A DNA stretch of 64,000 nucleotides. Source: Armatimonadota bacterium (lineage in GTDB: Bacteria; Sysuimicrobiota; Sysuimicrobiia; Sysuimicrobiales; Humicultoraceae). Numbering within the stretch: position 1 is the stretch's first letter; every line of letters begins with the position of its first letter. Of this stretch, positions 1-8,883 are shown in pieces. The stretch covers positions 6,942 to 70,941 of the forward strand of contig JBBIOM010000003.1 in assembly GCA_037443365.1 (NCBI GenBank), in the 5' to 3' direction. The position numbers were made by a program, and so were the translations under genes. Under the pieces are notes generated by a model. The model had not been told where the DNA came from, did not search any database, and worked only from the letters and a program-made list of their open reading frames with translations.

Positions 1-28
1 GGGCGGCCCTGCGAGGGCGCCTACACCC

Positions 29-54
29 AGCACTCGCTCTGAGCACTCGCTCTG
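29..54. repeat. 13-bp perfect tandem duplication (AGCACTCGCTCTG x2)
   Basis: Copies read directly at 29-41 and 42-54. Confidence 0.8.
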
Positions 55-65
55 ACGCCGGCCCC

Positions 66-1205
66 CTATGAGGCGCTCGGCTCGGGGTGGAGCGCCAGCC
101 CCACGATGCGCACCTGCACCGCGCGCACCAGGTCGGTCTTGCTGATGATCCCGACCATCTGGCCCCAGGGGTTAACGACGACGAGCCGCTCGAAGTTGTT
201 GCGGCTCATTGTCTGGAAGGCCTCGAGCGCGCTGCGGTTCTGTTGGATTGTCACGATCCGCCGCGACATGACCTGCTCCACCGTGGCGTTCGGGTCGGCG
301 CCCTGGATTCCGCCAAGTGTCACCATCCCGACCAACCCTCCGGCGTCATCGAGCACCGGGTATCCCAGGTGGCGTTCGCGCAGCATCTTGTCGACAAGGT
401 CGGAGACGCGCATCTGGGGGTGGACAGTCTGGACGTCGCGTGTCATCAGGTACTCCACGCCGATCCCTTCGAGCATCTCCGCGACCAGGGTGGTCTGGGC
501 CTCCGATGAGCCGGCCATGTAGACGAAGAAGGCGACAAGCACCAGGAAGATGTTGAGGGAGAGGAAGCCGACCAGGCCGAGCAGCACTGCCAGGACCTGG
601 CTCACCGAGGCCGCCAGCTGCGTGGCCCTAAGATGCGGCATGCGCAGCGCCAACAGCGACCGCAGCACCCTTCCGCCGTCGAGCGGGAGCGCGGGCAGCA
701 GGTTGAACGTGCCCAGGGCCACGTTCGTGAACGCCAGGTAGCCGAAGATGAACCGCGCGGACGCGGCATCCTGCGGGAAGGACGCCAGGATCACCCAGCA
801 CAGGGCTGCCACCGCGAAGCTCGTAAACGGGCCTGCGATGGCCACGACCGCCTCGGCTCCCCGCTGGCGCGGCATCTCCTCGAGCTGCGCCACGCCCCCA
901 AGGATCCAGAGCGTGATCCGCTTGGCCTCGACACCGTAGCGGCGGGCGACGATCGAGTGCCCGAGCTCGTGCACCAGGACGCTGCAGAACAGCCCCAGGG
1001 CCGCGATCAACCCCAGGACGTAGGGCAGCGCGCCCTGCTGCAGCGCCGCAGGGTCCACGCCCAGGCGCAGCAGGCGGACGTACAGGTCGAGGCGGCTGCC
1101 GATCATCCATGCCAGCAGGGGCAGGATGACAAGAAATGTGGAATCCAGGTACACGGGTATCCCGAACAACTGAAACGGCAGGCGATATCCCTTGCGCAGC
1201 ATCAT
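66..1205 (-). CDS. Site-2 protease (peptidase M50) with C-terminal CBS pair
   Basis: HELGH zinc motif, NLLPALPLDGG motif, TM helices, two CBS domains; start moved to ATG 1205 after AGAGGGAG SD. Confidence 0.92.
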   Translation of the reverse strand: MMLRKGYRLPFQLFGIPVYLDSTFLVILPLLAWMIGSRLDLYVRLLRLGVDPAALQQGALPYVLGLIAALGLFCSVLVHELGHSIVARRYGVEAKRITLWILGGVAQLEEMPRQRGAEAVVAIAGPFTSFAVAALCWVILASFPQDAASARFIFGYLAFTNVALGTFNLLPALPLDGGRVLRSLLALRMPHLRATQLAASVSQVLAVLLGLVGFLSLNIFLVLVAFFVYMAGSSEAQTTLVAEMLEGIGVEYLMTRDVQTVHPQMRVSDLVDKMLRERHLGYPVLDDAGGLVGMVTLGGIQGADPNATVEQVMSRRIVTIQQNRSALEAFQTMSRNNFERLVVVNPWGQMVGIISKTDLVRAVQVRIVGLALHPEPSAS

Positions 1206-1384
1206 GCAACACTCCCTCTGCTTGTTGATGAGCCCTGGTGCTGCGTCTGCCAGGAGCGCTTCGCCCCCGAGGGGATTCCGCCCTCTGTGGTCGAAAGGTC
1301 CGGCAGGAGGCTGCATCGGATGAGATCCGGCCGGGCGGGATCGCGCCCGGGTGAGAAGCCAGCCACTTCAGGGAGGCACTGACA

Positions 1385-3268
1385 ATGCGAGGGGTTGCCG
1401 GCAAGATCCTCAGGGTGGATCTCACGTCACGCACTGTCAACACCGAGCATCCCGACGAGGGTTTCTACCGCACCTACCTGGGGGGAGCCGGCTTCGTATC
1501 CTACTTCATGCTCCGGGACATACCCAGGGGGATAGACGCCTTTGATCCGCAGAACCGGCTGGTTTTCGCGCTGGGGCCCATGACCGGCCTGGCGATGCCG
1601 GGCGCCACGCGCAACTGCGTCGGCGCCAAGTCGCCGCTGACAGCGGGCTTCTCCAAGAGCGAGGCCGGCGGCTTCTTCCCCATGGCCCTGAAGAAGGCCG
1701 GCTACGACGCCGTCATCGTGGAGGGCCGGGCCGACCGGCCCGTCTATCTCCTGGTGACGGACCAGAAGGTGGAGATCCGCGACGCCGCGGGTCTGTGGGG
1801 CAAGACGGTTCTGGAGACCCAGGACGCCATCGCCGCCGATACAGGCCACAAGACGATCCGCACGGCCGCCATAGGGCCCCCGGGCGAGCGCCTGGTGCGC
1901 TTCGCGTGCATCATGAACGATCTGCGCGAGGCCATTGGCCGCGGCGGCCTCGGAGCGGTCATGGGCTCCAAGAACCTGAAGGCCGTTGCGGCCCTCGGAC
2001 GCTGGAGTCCCGACGTGGCGGACCCGGCCAGGATCCGCGCGTTGACCCAGATGATGAACAAGGGCTTCGCCGACAACCCCCTGGGCTTCGCCGGGAGACT
2101 GCATGAGAGGGGCACCGGCGGCGAAGCGATGATGGTGGCGGGCAACGCGATAGGCAACCTGCCCTCGTACAACTTCGGCGTCAACTTCTTCGAGGGCATC
2201 TCCAAGGTGACCGCCGAGGCGGTCCTGGAGGCCTACGGTGTCGGCATGGAGGGCTGCGCCGCCTGCGCGGTGCGCTGCAAGAAGACCGTGGAGGCAGGAG
2301 AGCCCTGGAACTTCAATAGGCGCAACGGCGGCCCGGAGTACGAATCCCTCGCATCACTCGGCCCGACATGCGGTACCGACGACCTGGCGCGCATCACCAA
2401 GGCCTGCGAGCTGGCCAATCTCTACGGCCTGGACACGATATCGCTGGGGGTCTCCATCGGATTCGGCATGGAGTGCTTCGAGAATGGAATCCTCACCACC
2501 CGCGATACCGGCGGCATCGATCTCCGGTTCGGCAACGCTGAGGCCATGCTGCAGATGGTGGAGATGATCGCCTATCGCCGGGGGATCGGCGATCTGCTGG
2601 CCGAGGGCACGATGCGGGCGGCCCAGCGGCTGGGGCGAGGAGCCGAGGCGTTTGCGATGCACGTCAAGGGCCTGGAGATCCCCATGCACGAGCCGCGCGT
2701 AAAGCAGGGCCTGGGCGTAGTCTACGCCGTGGAGGCGCAGGGCGCCGATCACTGCGCCGGCATGCACGACACGGCCTACACGCAGGAATCGCCGGCCTTC
2801 GAGCACCTGCGCGGCATGGGCGCCACGCGCCCCCTTCCGGCCGACGACCTGTCCGACGAGAAGATGGCATCCCAGAAGGCCGCGCACCTGTGGAACCTGT
2901 TCCTGGACTCGGTGGTGTGCTGCCAGTTCGTCCCCTGGAGCATCGACCAGCTCGTAGACATCGTGCGCGCGACAACCGGCTGGTCCTACACCGCGCACGA
3001 GGCGCTGAGGCTGGGGGCGCGCGTCGCCACGCTCGGGCGCGTGTTCAACTTGCGCGAGGGGATAGACTCAGCGCGCGACACCCTGCCCAAGCGCATGTTC
3101 GGCCCCACGCGCGCGGGTGCCCTGAAGGACGGCGGCATCGACGCGGAGAAGTTCGGGCGTGCCGTCCGCGCGTTCTACGGCATGATGGGGTGGAACGAGG
3201 AAACGGGCGTGCCCTCGCGCGGCACGCTGCTGGACCTGGGCGTCGGATGGGCGGCCGACGAGCTATAG
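1385..3268 (+). CDS. aor: Tungsten-type aldehyde:ferredoxin oxidoreductase
   Basis: KSPLT, GRGGLGAVMGSKNLKA, CAACAVRC Fe-S motif, EYES, GLDTIS; GGGAGG SD. Confidence 0.93.
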   Translation: MRGVAGKILRVDLTSRTVNTEHPDEGFYRTYLGGAGFVSYFMLRDIPRGIDAFDPQNRLVFALGPMTGLAMPGATRNCVGAKSPLTAGFSKSEAGGFFPMALKKAGYDAVIVEGRADRPVYLLVTDQKVEIRDAAGLWGKTVLETQDAIAADTGHKTIRTAAIGPPGERLVRFACIMNDLREAIGRGGLGAVMGSKNLKAVAALGRWSPDVADPARIRALTQMMNKGFADNPLGFAGRLHERGTGGEAMMVAGNAIGNLPSYNFGVNFFEGISKVTAEAVLEAYGVGMEGCAACAVRCKKTVEAGEPWNFNRRNGGPEYESLASLGPTCGTDDLARITKACELANLYGLDTISLGVSIGFGMECFENGILTTRDTGGIDLRFGNAEAMLQMVEMIAYRRGIGDLLAEGTMRAAQRLGRGAEAFAMHVKGLEIPMHEPRVKQGLGVVYAVEAQGADHCAGMHDTAYTQESPAFEHLRGMGATRPLPADDLSDEKMASQKAAHLWNLFLDSVVCCQFVPWSIDQLVDIVRATTGWSYTAHEALRLGARVATLGRVFNLREGIDSARDTLPKRMFGPTRAGALKDGGIDAEKFGRAVRAFYGMMGWNEETGVPSRGTLLDLGVGWAADEL

Positions 3269-3311
3269 GCAGCACTGCTGGATCTGCATTCGGGCAACAG
3301 GGTGGTGCGCC

Positions 3312-5336
3312 ATGAGGATACGTGTGCCTCGAATCGTCCTGGCTGCGGTGCTGCTCGTGTGCCTGGGCGCCGCGCCTGGGCTCTCGCAACTGCCCAGCCT
3401 GCCGTCGCTCCCCGGCCTCCCCATACCGGGCATTGACCGCCTGACGCGGGCCGAGCGGGCCATCACCACCAGCCTGAACGACGCGGTCACCGAGGTGCCC
3501 TTCCTCGACGATTTCAATCCGCGCGATGCCGCGCCGTTACGACGACTCCAGCGGGGACCGCGCAACGGCTTCATCCTGGATCGGCCAGGGCTGTTCGAAG
3601 CCGAGGTCCGCAGCTACTGCATGAACGCCGGGACGTATGCACCGGCCCGCGGGGACGGGTACGCATATGCCCGCATGTCCGGCCCGAGGGCCCCGGTAAT
3701 CCGCAAGGTGCTCCAGAACTCGGTGGTTCACCCAGACATACCGCAGCGCACCGTGCAGACGCTCGTCTGGGCGATACTGGCGTACACGCGGATCAGCGAG
3801 ACGTCACCAGAAGTCCAGGCCGCGGCTGCCCGGCTCCTGTCATCCGCGGAGGTGACCGAGCTCAACGGCGGCGCGCTGGGCGCGGTCCCGCCGGAGGTTC
3901 TGCGGGAGGTCCTGTCGCGTCTGCCTGGTCCGGTCAGGCAAGCCATGGAGGCCGAGGCCCAGATCAGGAGCCTGTTGACGCAGGGCCGAGGCACGTTCGA
4001 GGAACTCGAGCGCGCGGCGGTTCGCCTGGGCGCGGCTCCCCGCGGAGAGGGGAGCCGCGAAGTTCCCAGAGGGCGCTGGTCGTATCATCCGGCAGGGTAT
4101 TTCATAAGGTACTTCCCGCACGACTACTCGCAAACGCGCCTGCAGATCTACGTGCCCGATCACACGACCCTAGAGCGGGATCGGAACGGCCGCATCGCGT
4201 CCATCACAGACCAATTGCGCAACCGTATCGAGGTGGCTTATGACGACCGCGCGGAGCCGGGAAGCGTGCCAGGCGCCCAGGAAGTCAGGGCACACGCCCT
4301 GGCGGCGTTTGGGCTGACCGCTCCTAGCCCTATCGGCCCCACGTTCGTCGAGATGAGGCGGGCCGAGTGGAGGGGCGGCTGGACCTTCGTGGGCGTTCCG
4401 GCTCCTGCCGGAGGGCCCGCGCCGCTGGCCTCGCGCTTCCCAGGCGCGGATGATCGCTATCAGCGCAGCCTCGGCGCCGCGCGGGAGGCCGCCAGCGCCG
4501 TCAGGGAAGCGGGCAGGCTGGCGGGCCGCACAGGCGCGCAGACGATCGCCCCGGCGGCGGCGCGGGACCTGGCCGACCTCGCGCACCTCGCCATGGCCAT
4601 CAGGGCCGCCGCGGGTGACGCCAGGGAAGCCAGGCCGGAATGGGCGTCCGATCACCTGTTCCTGGCCCATAAGGCCTGGGCGCACGCCCTGGCGCGGGCC
4701 GCGGGAGGACTTGGCCCGGGCGCGTCGCGGGGAATCCTGGCGACCGCCGTGGCGTCGGCCCGCGTGGTCGCTATCATGCTCTCCGACGATTGGAGCCCGT
4801 GCGACGATCCACCCAAGGACCCTGACGGCAAGTCCGAGATGGATCCCACCGACGGAACGGCGGCCCCGGGCAACACCAGCTCGCAACTTGTGCAGCCCTC
4901 CGCATTTGAGGCCCCATCTGGCGCACGACATCCTGACTGCGATCGTGTCGCGGCGGCCAAGCGCGACAACGAGAATGTGCGCAAGGTGTTCGAAGACAAC
5001 CGGCCGCAGGCGGGCGAGAACGGCGAGACGTACTACAAGAGGATAGGGGTGATACTCAAGGCCGCGGGCGGGGAGCCGACGGCCTGGACAGTCGTTGGCA
5101 ACTGCGTCATCGGCGGGGACAAGAGCTTCTACGCGTCGCAGCCGGATGCTGTGCGGGTCGCGGACTGCGCACACGAGAGGTCACATCAGGTGAGGTGCCG
5201 CTGGGCCCGGGATAATGCTGCAGGAGGGCACGGGGGCTGGCTGATGAATGCCGCGAACACGCGCCAGGATGAACTGGACGCCTACGCGGCCGGGATCAAG
5301 GCGCTCGATGACTGGATGAGCAAGAACTGCAGGTAG
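3312..5336 (+). CDS. Secreted multidomain hypothetical protein (thioester-domain-like motifs, one YD/RHS-like hairpin, C-terminal HExxH domain)
   Basis: Signal peptide; SYCMNAGTYAP and VQTLVW; RDRNGRIASITDQLRNRIEVAYDD; CAHERSHQ...ELDAY. ORF is solid, function is inferred. Confidence 0.7.
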   Translation: MRIRVPRIVLAAVLLVCLGAAPGLSQLPSLPSLPGLPIPGIDRLTRAERAITTSLNDAVTEVPFLDDFNPRDAAPLRRLQRGPRNGFILDRPGLFEAEVRSYCMNAGTYAPARGDGYAYARMSGPRAPVIRKVLQNSVVHPDIPQRTVQTLVWAILAYTRISETSPEVQAAAARLLSSAEVTELNGGALGAVPPEVLREVLSRLPGPVRQAMEAEAQIRSLLTQGRGTFEELERAAVRLGAAPRGEGSREVPRGRWSYHPAGYFIRYFPHDYSQTRLQIYVPDHTTLERDRNGRIASITDQLRNRIEVAYDDRAEPGSVPGAQEVRAHALAAFGLTAPSPIGPTFVEMRRAEWRGGWTFVGVPAPAGGPAPLASRFPGADDRYQRSLGAAREAASAVREAGRLAGRTGAQTIAPAAARDLADLAHLAMAIRAAAGDAREARPEWASDHLFLAHKAWAHALARAAGGLGPGASRGILATAVASARVVAIMLSDDWSPCDDPPKDPDGKSEMDPTDGTAAPGNTSSQLVQPSAFEAPSGARHPDCDRVAAAKRDNENVRKVFEDNRPQAGENGETYYKRIGVILKAAGGEPTAWTVVGNCVIGGDKSFYASQPDAVRVADCAHERSHQVRCRWARDNAAGGHGGWLMNAANTRQDELDAYAAGIKALDDWMSKNCR

Positions 5337-5378
5337 GCGGTCTGGCAGGACATCCGCGCGTCACGTGAGGGCAAAGGG

Positions 5379-6029
5379 ATGACAGAGAAGATCGAGTTCA
5401 CGAGCAACTACTCCGATCTCAGCACCAGTCGCGGCTTCCAGTTCGAGGTTGCCTGCAACCGGTGCGGAACCGGGTTTCGCACTTCATTCAAGCCGTCCAT
5501 CACCGGTACGGTCACCGGCGCGATGGATGCCGCCAGCAGCCTCTTCGGCGGGATCTTCGGCAAGGCCGCTGACCTCTCCGAACGCGTGCGTTCCGCGGCC
5601 TGGGAGAAGGCGCACGACGCTGCCTTCCAGGAGGCAATGGCGGAACTGAAGCCGGAGTTCATCCAGTGCCCGCGCTGCTCCACCTGGGTGTGCCGCAAGA
5701 ACTGCTGGAGCGTGGCGAAGGGCCTCTGCAAGGAGTGCGCGCCGGACCTGGGAGTGGAGATGGCCGCGGCGCAGTCCAGCCGCACCGTCGAGGAGATCTG
5801 GGCGCACTCGAAGATGGCCGAAGAGGACCGCGCCATGCTCAAGGAGCAGAGCTGGCGCGAAGGCGCCCGCGCGACGTGCCCGAACTGCGGGGTCGCCCTG
5901 GCCAAGAAGGTGAAGTTCTGCCCGGAGTGCGGCGCCAAGATCCAGGCCGAGGCCCACTGCACGGAGTGCGGGGCCAAGCTCGCCCCCGGGGCCAAGTTCT
6001 GCCCGGAGTGCGGCAACAAGGTGCAGTAG
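5379..6029 (+). CDS. Zinc-ribbon protein with C-terminal double zinc ribbon
   Basis: Multiple CxxC pairs; CPNCG...KFCPECG and CTECG...KFCPECG. Confidence 0.85.
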   Translation: MTEKIEFTSNYSDLSTSRGFQFEVACNRCGTGFRTSFKPSITGTVTGAMDAASSLFGGIFGKAADLSERVRSAAWEKAHDAAFQEAMAELKPEFIQCPRCSTWVCRKNCWSVAKGLCKECAPDLGVEMAAAQSSRTVEEIWAHSKMAEEDRAMLKEQSWREGARATCPNCGVALAKKVKFCPECGAKIQAEAHCTECGAKLAPGAKFCPECGNKVQ

Positions 6030-6050
6030 CCGGCCCTGGGAGCCCGGACC

Positions 6051-6617
6051 CTAGAGCAGCCGGGCGTCCGCGCCCTCTTCGCCGATCTCGATCAAGGCGC
6101 CCGCATTCCGGCCGTTGCCCATGGAGCAGTTGACGACGAGCGTATCGCCCACGCGCGCGACCCCGGGAGACTCGTGGACGTGTCCGCAGACCAGCAGGCG
6201 GGGACGGTAGCGCGTCAGCAGTTCCAGCACCCTGGGCGAGCCCGCGCGCGTGCGCACCATGGTCAGATCGAGGGTGCCCTGCGGCGGTTCGTGCGTGACG
6301 AGCACGTCGCAGGCGGCCCGCACGTCCGGTCCCCCGAAGGAGACGCCCTGGATGACGACCGGCCCCCCGCTGCCCAGCCCGCCGTCGCGCGCGATCGTGT
6401 CGCGCTCGTCAGGTCCGTCCATGTTCCCGGGTGCGGCCAGCACCGGGACCGGCAGCGTGCGCAGCAGGGCCAATGCCTCTGTCCCCTCGCCCGCGTGAGT
6501 GACATCCCCCGACAGCAGTACAACATCCGGAGCGTGCTCGGCGACGAGCGCGCGCACGCGCGCTACGCGTTCGGGCCGTCCATGGATGTCGGCGAAGGCA
6601 AGTATCCGGAGGGGCAT
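6051..6617 (-). CDS. Calcineurin-like metallophosphoesterase
   Basis: DIHG, GDV, GNMD, THEPP, GHVHE motifs; start moved to ATG 6617. Confidence 0.88.
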   Translation of the reverse strand: MPLRILAFADIHGRPERVARVRALVAEHAPDVVLLSGDVTHAGEGTEALALLRTLPVPVLAAPGNMDGPDERDTIARDGGLGSGGPVVIQGVSFGGPDVRAACDVLVTHEPPQGTLDLTMVRTRAGSPRVLELLTRYRPRLLVCGHVHESPGVARVGDTLVVNCSMGNGRNAGALIEIGEEGADARLL

Positions 6618-6697
6618 CGTCCCAACGATGATACCAGAGCAAGGGAGCGGAAGGCGATGGTGGAACACTGAGCTGGGGACAGCCTGGGGGTGTCCGC

Positions 6698-7855
6698 GTG
6701 GGCGGGATCGTCGTGGGTGCTGACGGACGCGTGTCGCTACCCGCGGAGTACGGCGGGGGAGAGGTCTTCCTGGAGCCGCGGGAGGGAGGGCTTTCCATCT
6801 GGCAGGCCAGGCCGGATGTGCGGGGCGTGTACGTCGAGGTGACGACGCGCTGCAACCTGGACTGCGCGATCTGCGTGCGCAGGGCCTGGCGCGACCAGGC
6901 CGGGGACATGACCCCCGAGACATTCGGCCTGATGGTCGAGCAGCTCGCCGCCTTCCCCGAGCTGGGGCGCATCACCTTCGGCGGCTACGGCGAGCCGCTT
7001 CTGCATCCGCGGATCGTGGACATGGTGGCGCGCGCCGCAAGTACGGGCGCCGGGGTGACACTGGTCACCAACGGGCTGCTCCTCGGCCGACGCATCTCCC
7101 TGGCACTGCTGGAAGCCCGCCTCGACACCCTCGTGGTCTCCGTGGATGACGCACACATGCAGGCGCACGCCAGGGCAGGGATAGCGGACGGCCTGGGGGC
7201 GGTGCTGGAGAACGTGCGCGGGATGCGGGATCTTGCGGTGGAACGCGGTTACATGGCGCCGCGCATCGGGCTGGAGTTCGTGGTGACGCGGGGCAATGTC
7301 GACAGGCTCTGCGACCTCCCTGAACTGGCGAAGGCCCTGGGCGCCGGCTTCGCCCTGGTGACCAACCTGCTGCCCCACACCGCGGAGATGAAGGAGGAGA
7401 TCATCTACGACCGGGCAGAGCCGCTGTCGGCGCTGGCAGGCTGGCCGGTGCACTCCGGCGGCTGGCTGCTTTGGGGGATCGCCCGACTCCCGCGCACGAG
7501 GTGGGGCGCGGCGCGGCGCTGCCGCTTCGTCGAGGAGCGTGCGCTGGTGATCGGGACCGACGGCGCGGTGAGCCCGTGCTACGCCCTGATGCACTCCTAC
7601 CCATGCTACATATACGGACGCCCGAAGCAGGTAAGCCGCTACGTGCTCGGACGCGCGGCCGAGCATACGCTGGCCGAGATCTGGATGGGCGAGGAGTACG
7701 TGAGGTTCCGTGCCAGGGTGCGGGAGTTCCGCTTTCCCTCATGCGTGGACTGCGGCATGGCCTGCGCCTATGCCGCGAGCAACGAGGACTGCTGGGGCAA
7801 CGCGCCCTCCTGTGCCGATTGCCTGTGGGCGCAGGACATCCTGCGTTGTCCCTAG
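6698..7855 (+). CDS. Radical SAM/SPASM protein, tungsten-cofactor oxidoreductase maturase type
   Basis: CNLDCAIC, GGYGEPL, C-terminal CVDC...C...DCWGNAPSCADCLWAQDILRCP; AOR gene nearby. Confidence 0.85.
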   Translation: MGGIVVGADGRVSLPAEYGGGEVFLEPREGGLSIWQARPDVRGVYVEVTTRCNLDCAICVRRAWRDQAGDMTPETFGLMVEQLAAFPELGRITFGGYGEPLLHPRIVDMVARAASTGAGVTLVTNGLLLGRRISLALLEARLDTLVVSVDDAHMQAHARAGIADGLGAVLENVRGMRDLAVERGYMAPRIGLEFVVTRGNVDRLCDLPELAKALGAGFALVTNLLPHTAEMKEEIIYDRAEPLSALAGWPVHSGGWLLWGIARLPRTRWGAARRCRFVEERALVIGTDGAVSPCYALMHSYPCYIYGRPKQVSRYVLGRAAEHTLAEIWMGEEYVRFRARVREFRFPSCVDCGMACAYAASNEDCWGNAPSCADCLWAQDILRCP

Positions 7856-7869
7856 GGAGGGGATCCGCC

Positions 7870-8883
7870 ATGGGAGATGGCTTCGCGCGCGTTCGCGCCG
7901 CGGTGGTGCAGGCGGCGCCGGTGATAATGGATCGCGAGGCCACGCTGGAGAAGACCTGCCGCCTGATTGACGCGGCCGCGTCCCGGGGCGCGCGCCTGAT
8001 CCTGTTTCCAGAGGCGTTCATACCCGCCTACCCGTGGGGTCTGCGGTTTGGCACGCGTGTCGGCGGGCGCACCTCGCAGGGCCGGGCCGCGTGGGCGCGC
8101 TACTGGGCCAACGCCGTGGAGGTCCCGGGGCCAGGCACCGATGCGATTGGGGAGGCCGCGCGCCGGGCCGGGGCCTACGTGGCCATAGGCGTGATCGAGC
8201 GCGACCAGACCTTCAGCCGCGGAACGGTCTACTGCACGCTGCTCTACTTCGGCCCCGACGGACGTCTGCTGGGCAAGCACAGGAAGCTGGTCCCCACGGC
8301 CGCCGAGCGGTACATCTGGGGGGGCGGCGACGGCAGCACGCTCCCGGTGCTCGACACGCCCCACGGTCGGGTGGGAGGCCTGATCTGCTGGGAGAACTAC
8401 ATGCCGCTGGCGCGCATGAGCATGTACGCCAAGGGCGTCGAGATCTACCTGGCGCCCACCGCGGACTCGCGCGACTCCTGGCAGGCCACGATCCGTCACA
8501 TCGCCTGCGAAGGCCGGTGCTTTGTGCTGTCGTGCTGCCAGTACGCGACCGCGTCGATGTACCCGGACGACCTCGAGGTGCGCGATGAGCTGTCCGGGAT
8601 GCCCGAGGTCCTCTCGCGCGGCGGCAGTGCGATAGTCGGCCCGCTGGGCGATTACCTGGCAGGCCCGCTGTTTGGTGAAGAGGGCATACTCACCGCCGAT
8701 CTCGACCTCGAGCAGGCCGTGCAGGGAAAGTTCGACTTGGACGTGGCCGGCCACTATGCCCGCCCCGACGTCTTCCGCCTGGTGGTGAACGAGCGGCCGA
8801 TGCCTCCGGTGGAGACCGCCGGCCCGTGCGGCGCGACCCAGGCCGCGGCAGAACTGCCCGTTGAGGAGGAACGCCGTCTATGA
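7870..8883 (+). CDS. Nitrilase (carbon-nitrogen hydrolase)
   Basis: Glu-Lys-Cys triad: FPEAFIP, HRKLVPT, ICWENYMP; GGGAGG SD before ATG 7870. Confidence 0.9.
   Translation: MGDGFARVRAAVVQAAPVIMDREATLEKTCRLIDAAASRGARLILFPEAFIPAYPWGLRFGTRVGGRTSQGRAAWARYWANAVEVPGPGTDAIGEAARRAGAYVAIGVIERDQTFSRGTVYCTLLYFGPDGRLLGKHRKLVPTAAERYIWGGGDGSTLPVLDTPHGRVGGLICWENYMPLARMSMYAKGVEIYLAPTADSRDSWQATIRHIACEGRCFVLSCCQYATASMYPDDLEVRDELSGMPEVLSRGGSAIVGPLGDYLAGPLFGEEGILTADLDLEQAVQGKFDLDVAGHYARPDVFRLVVNERPMPPVETAGPCGATQAAAELPVEEERRL

Noticed and set aside
1206-1384. Moco/Wco riboswitch upstream of aor
   Set aside because: GC hairpins are present but I could not find the motif's conserved elements; needs an Infernal scan.
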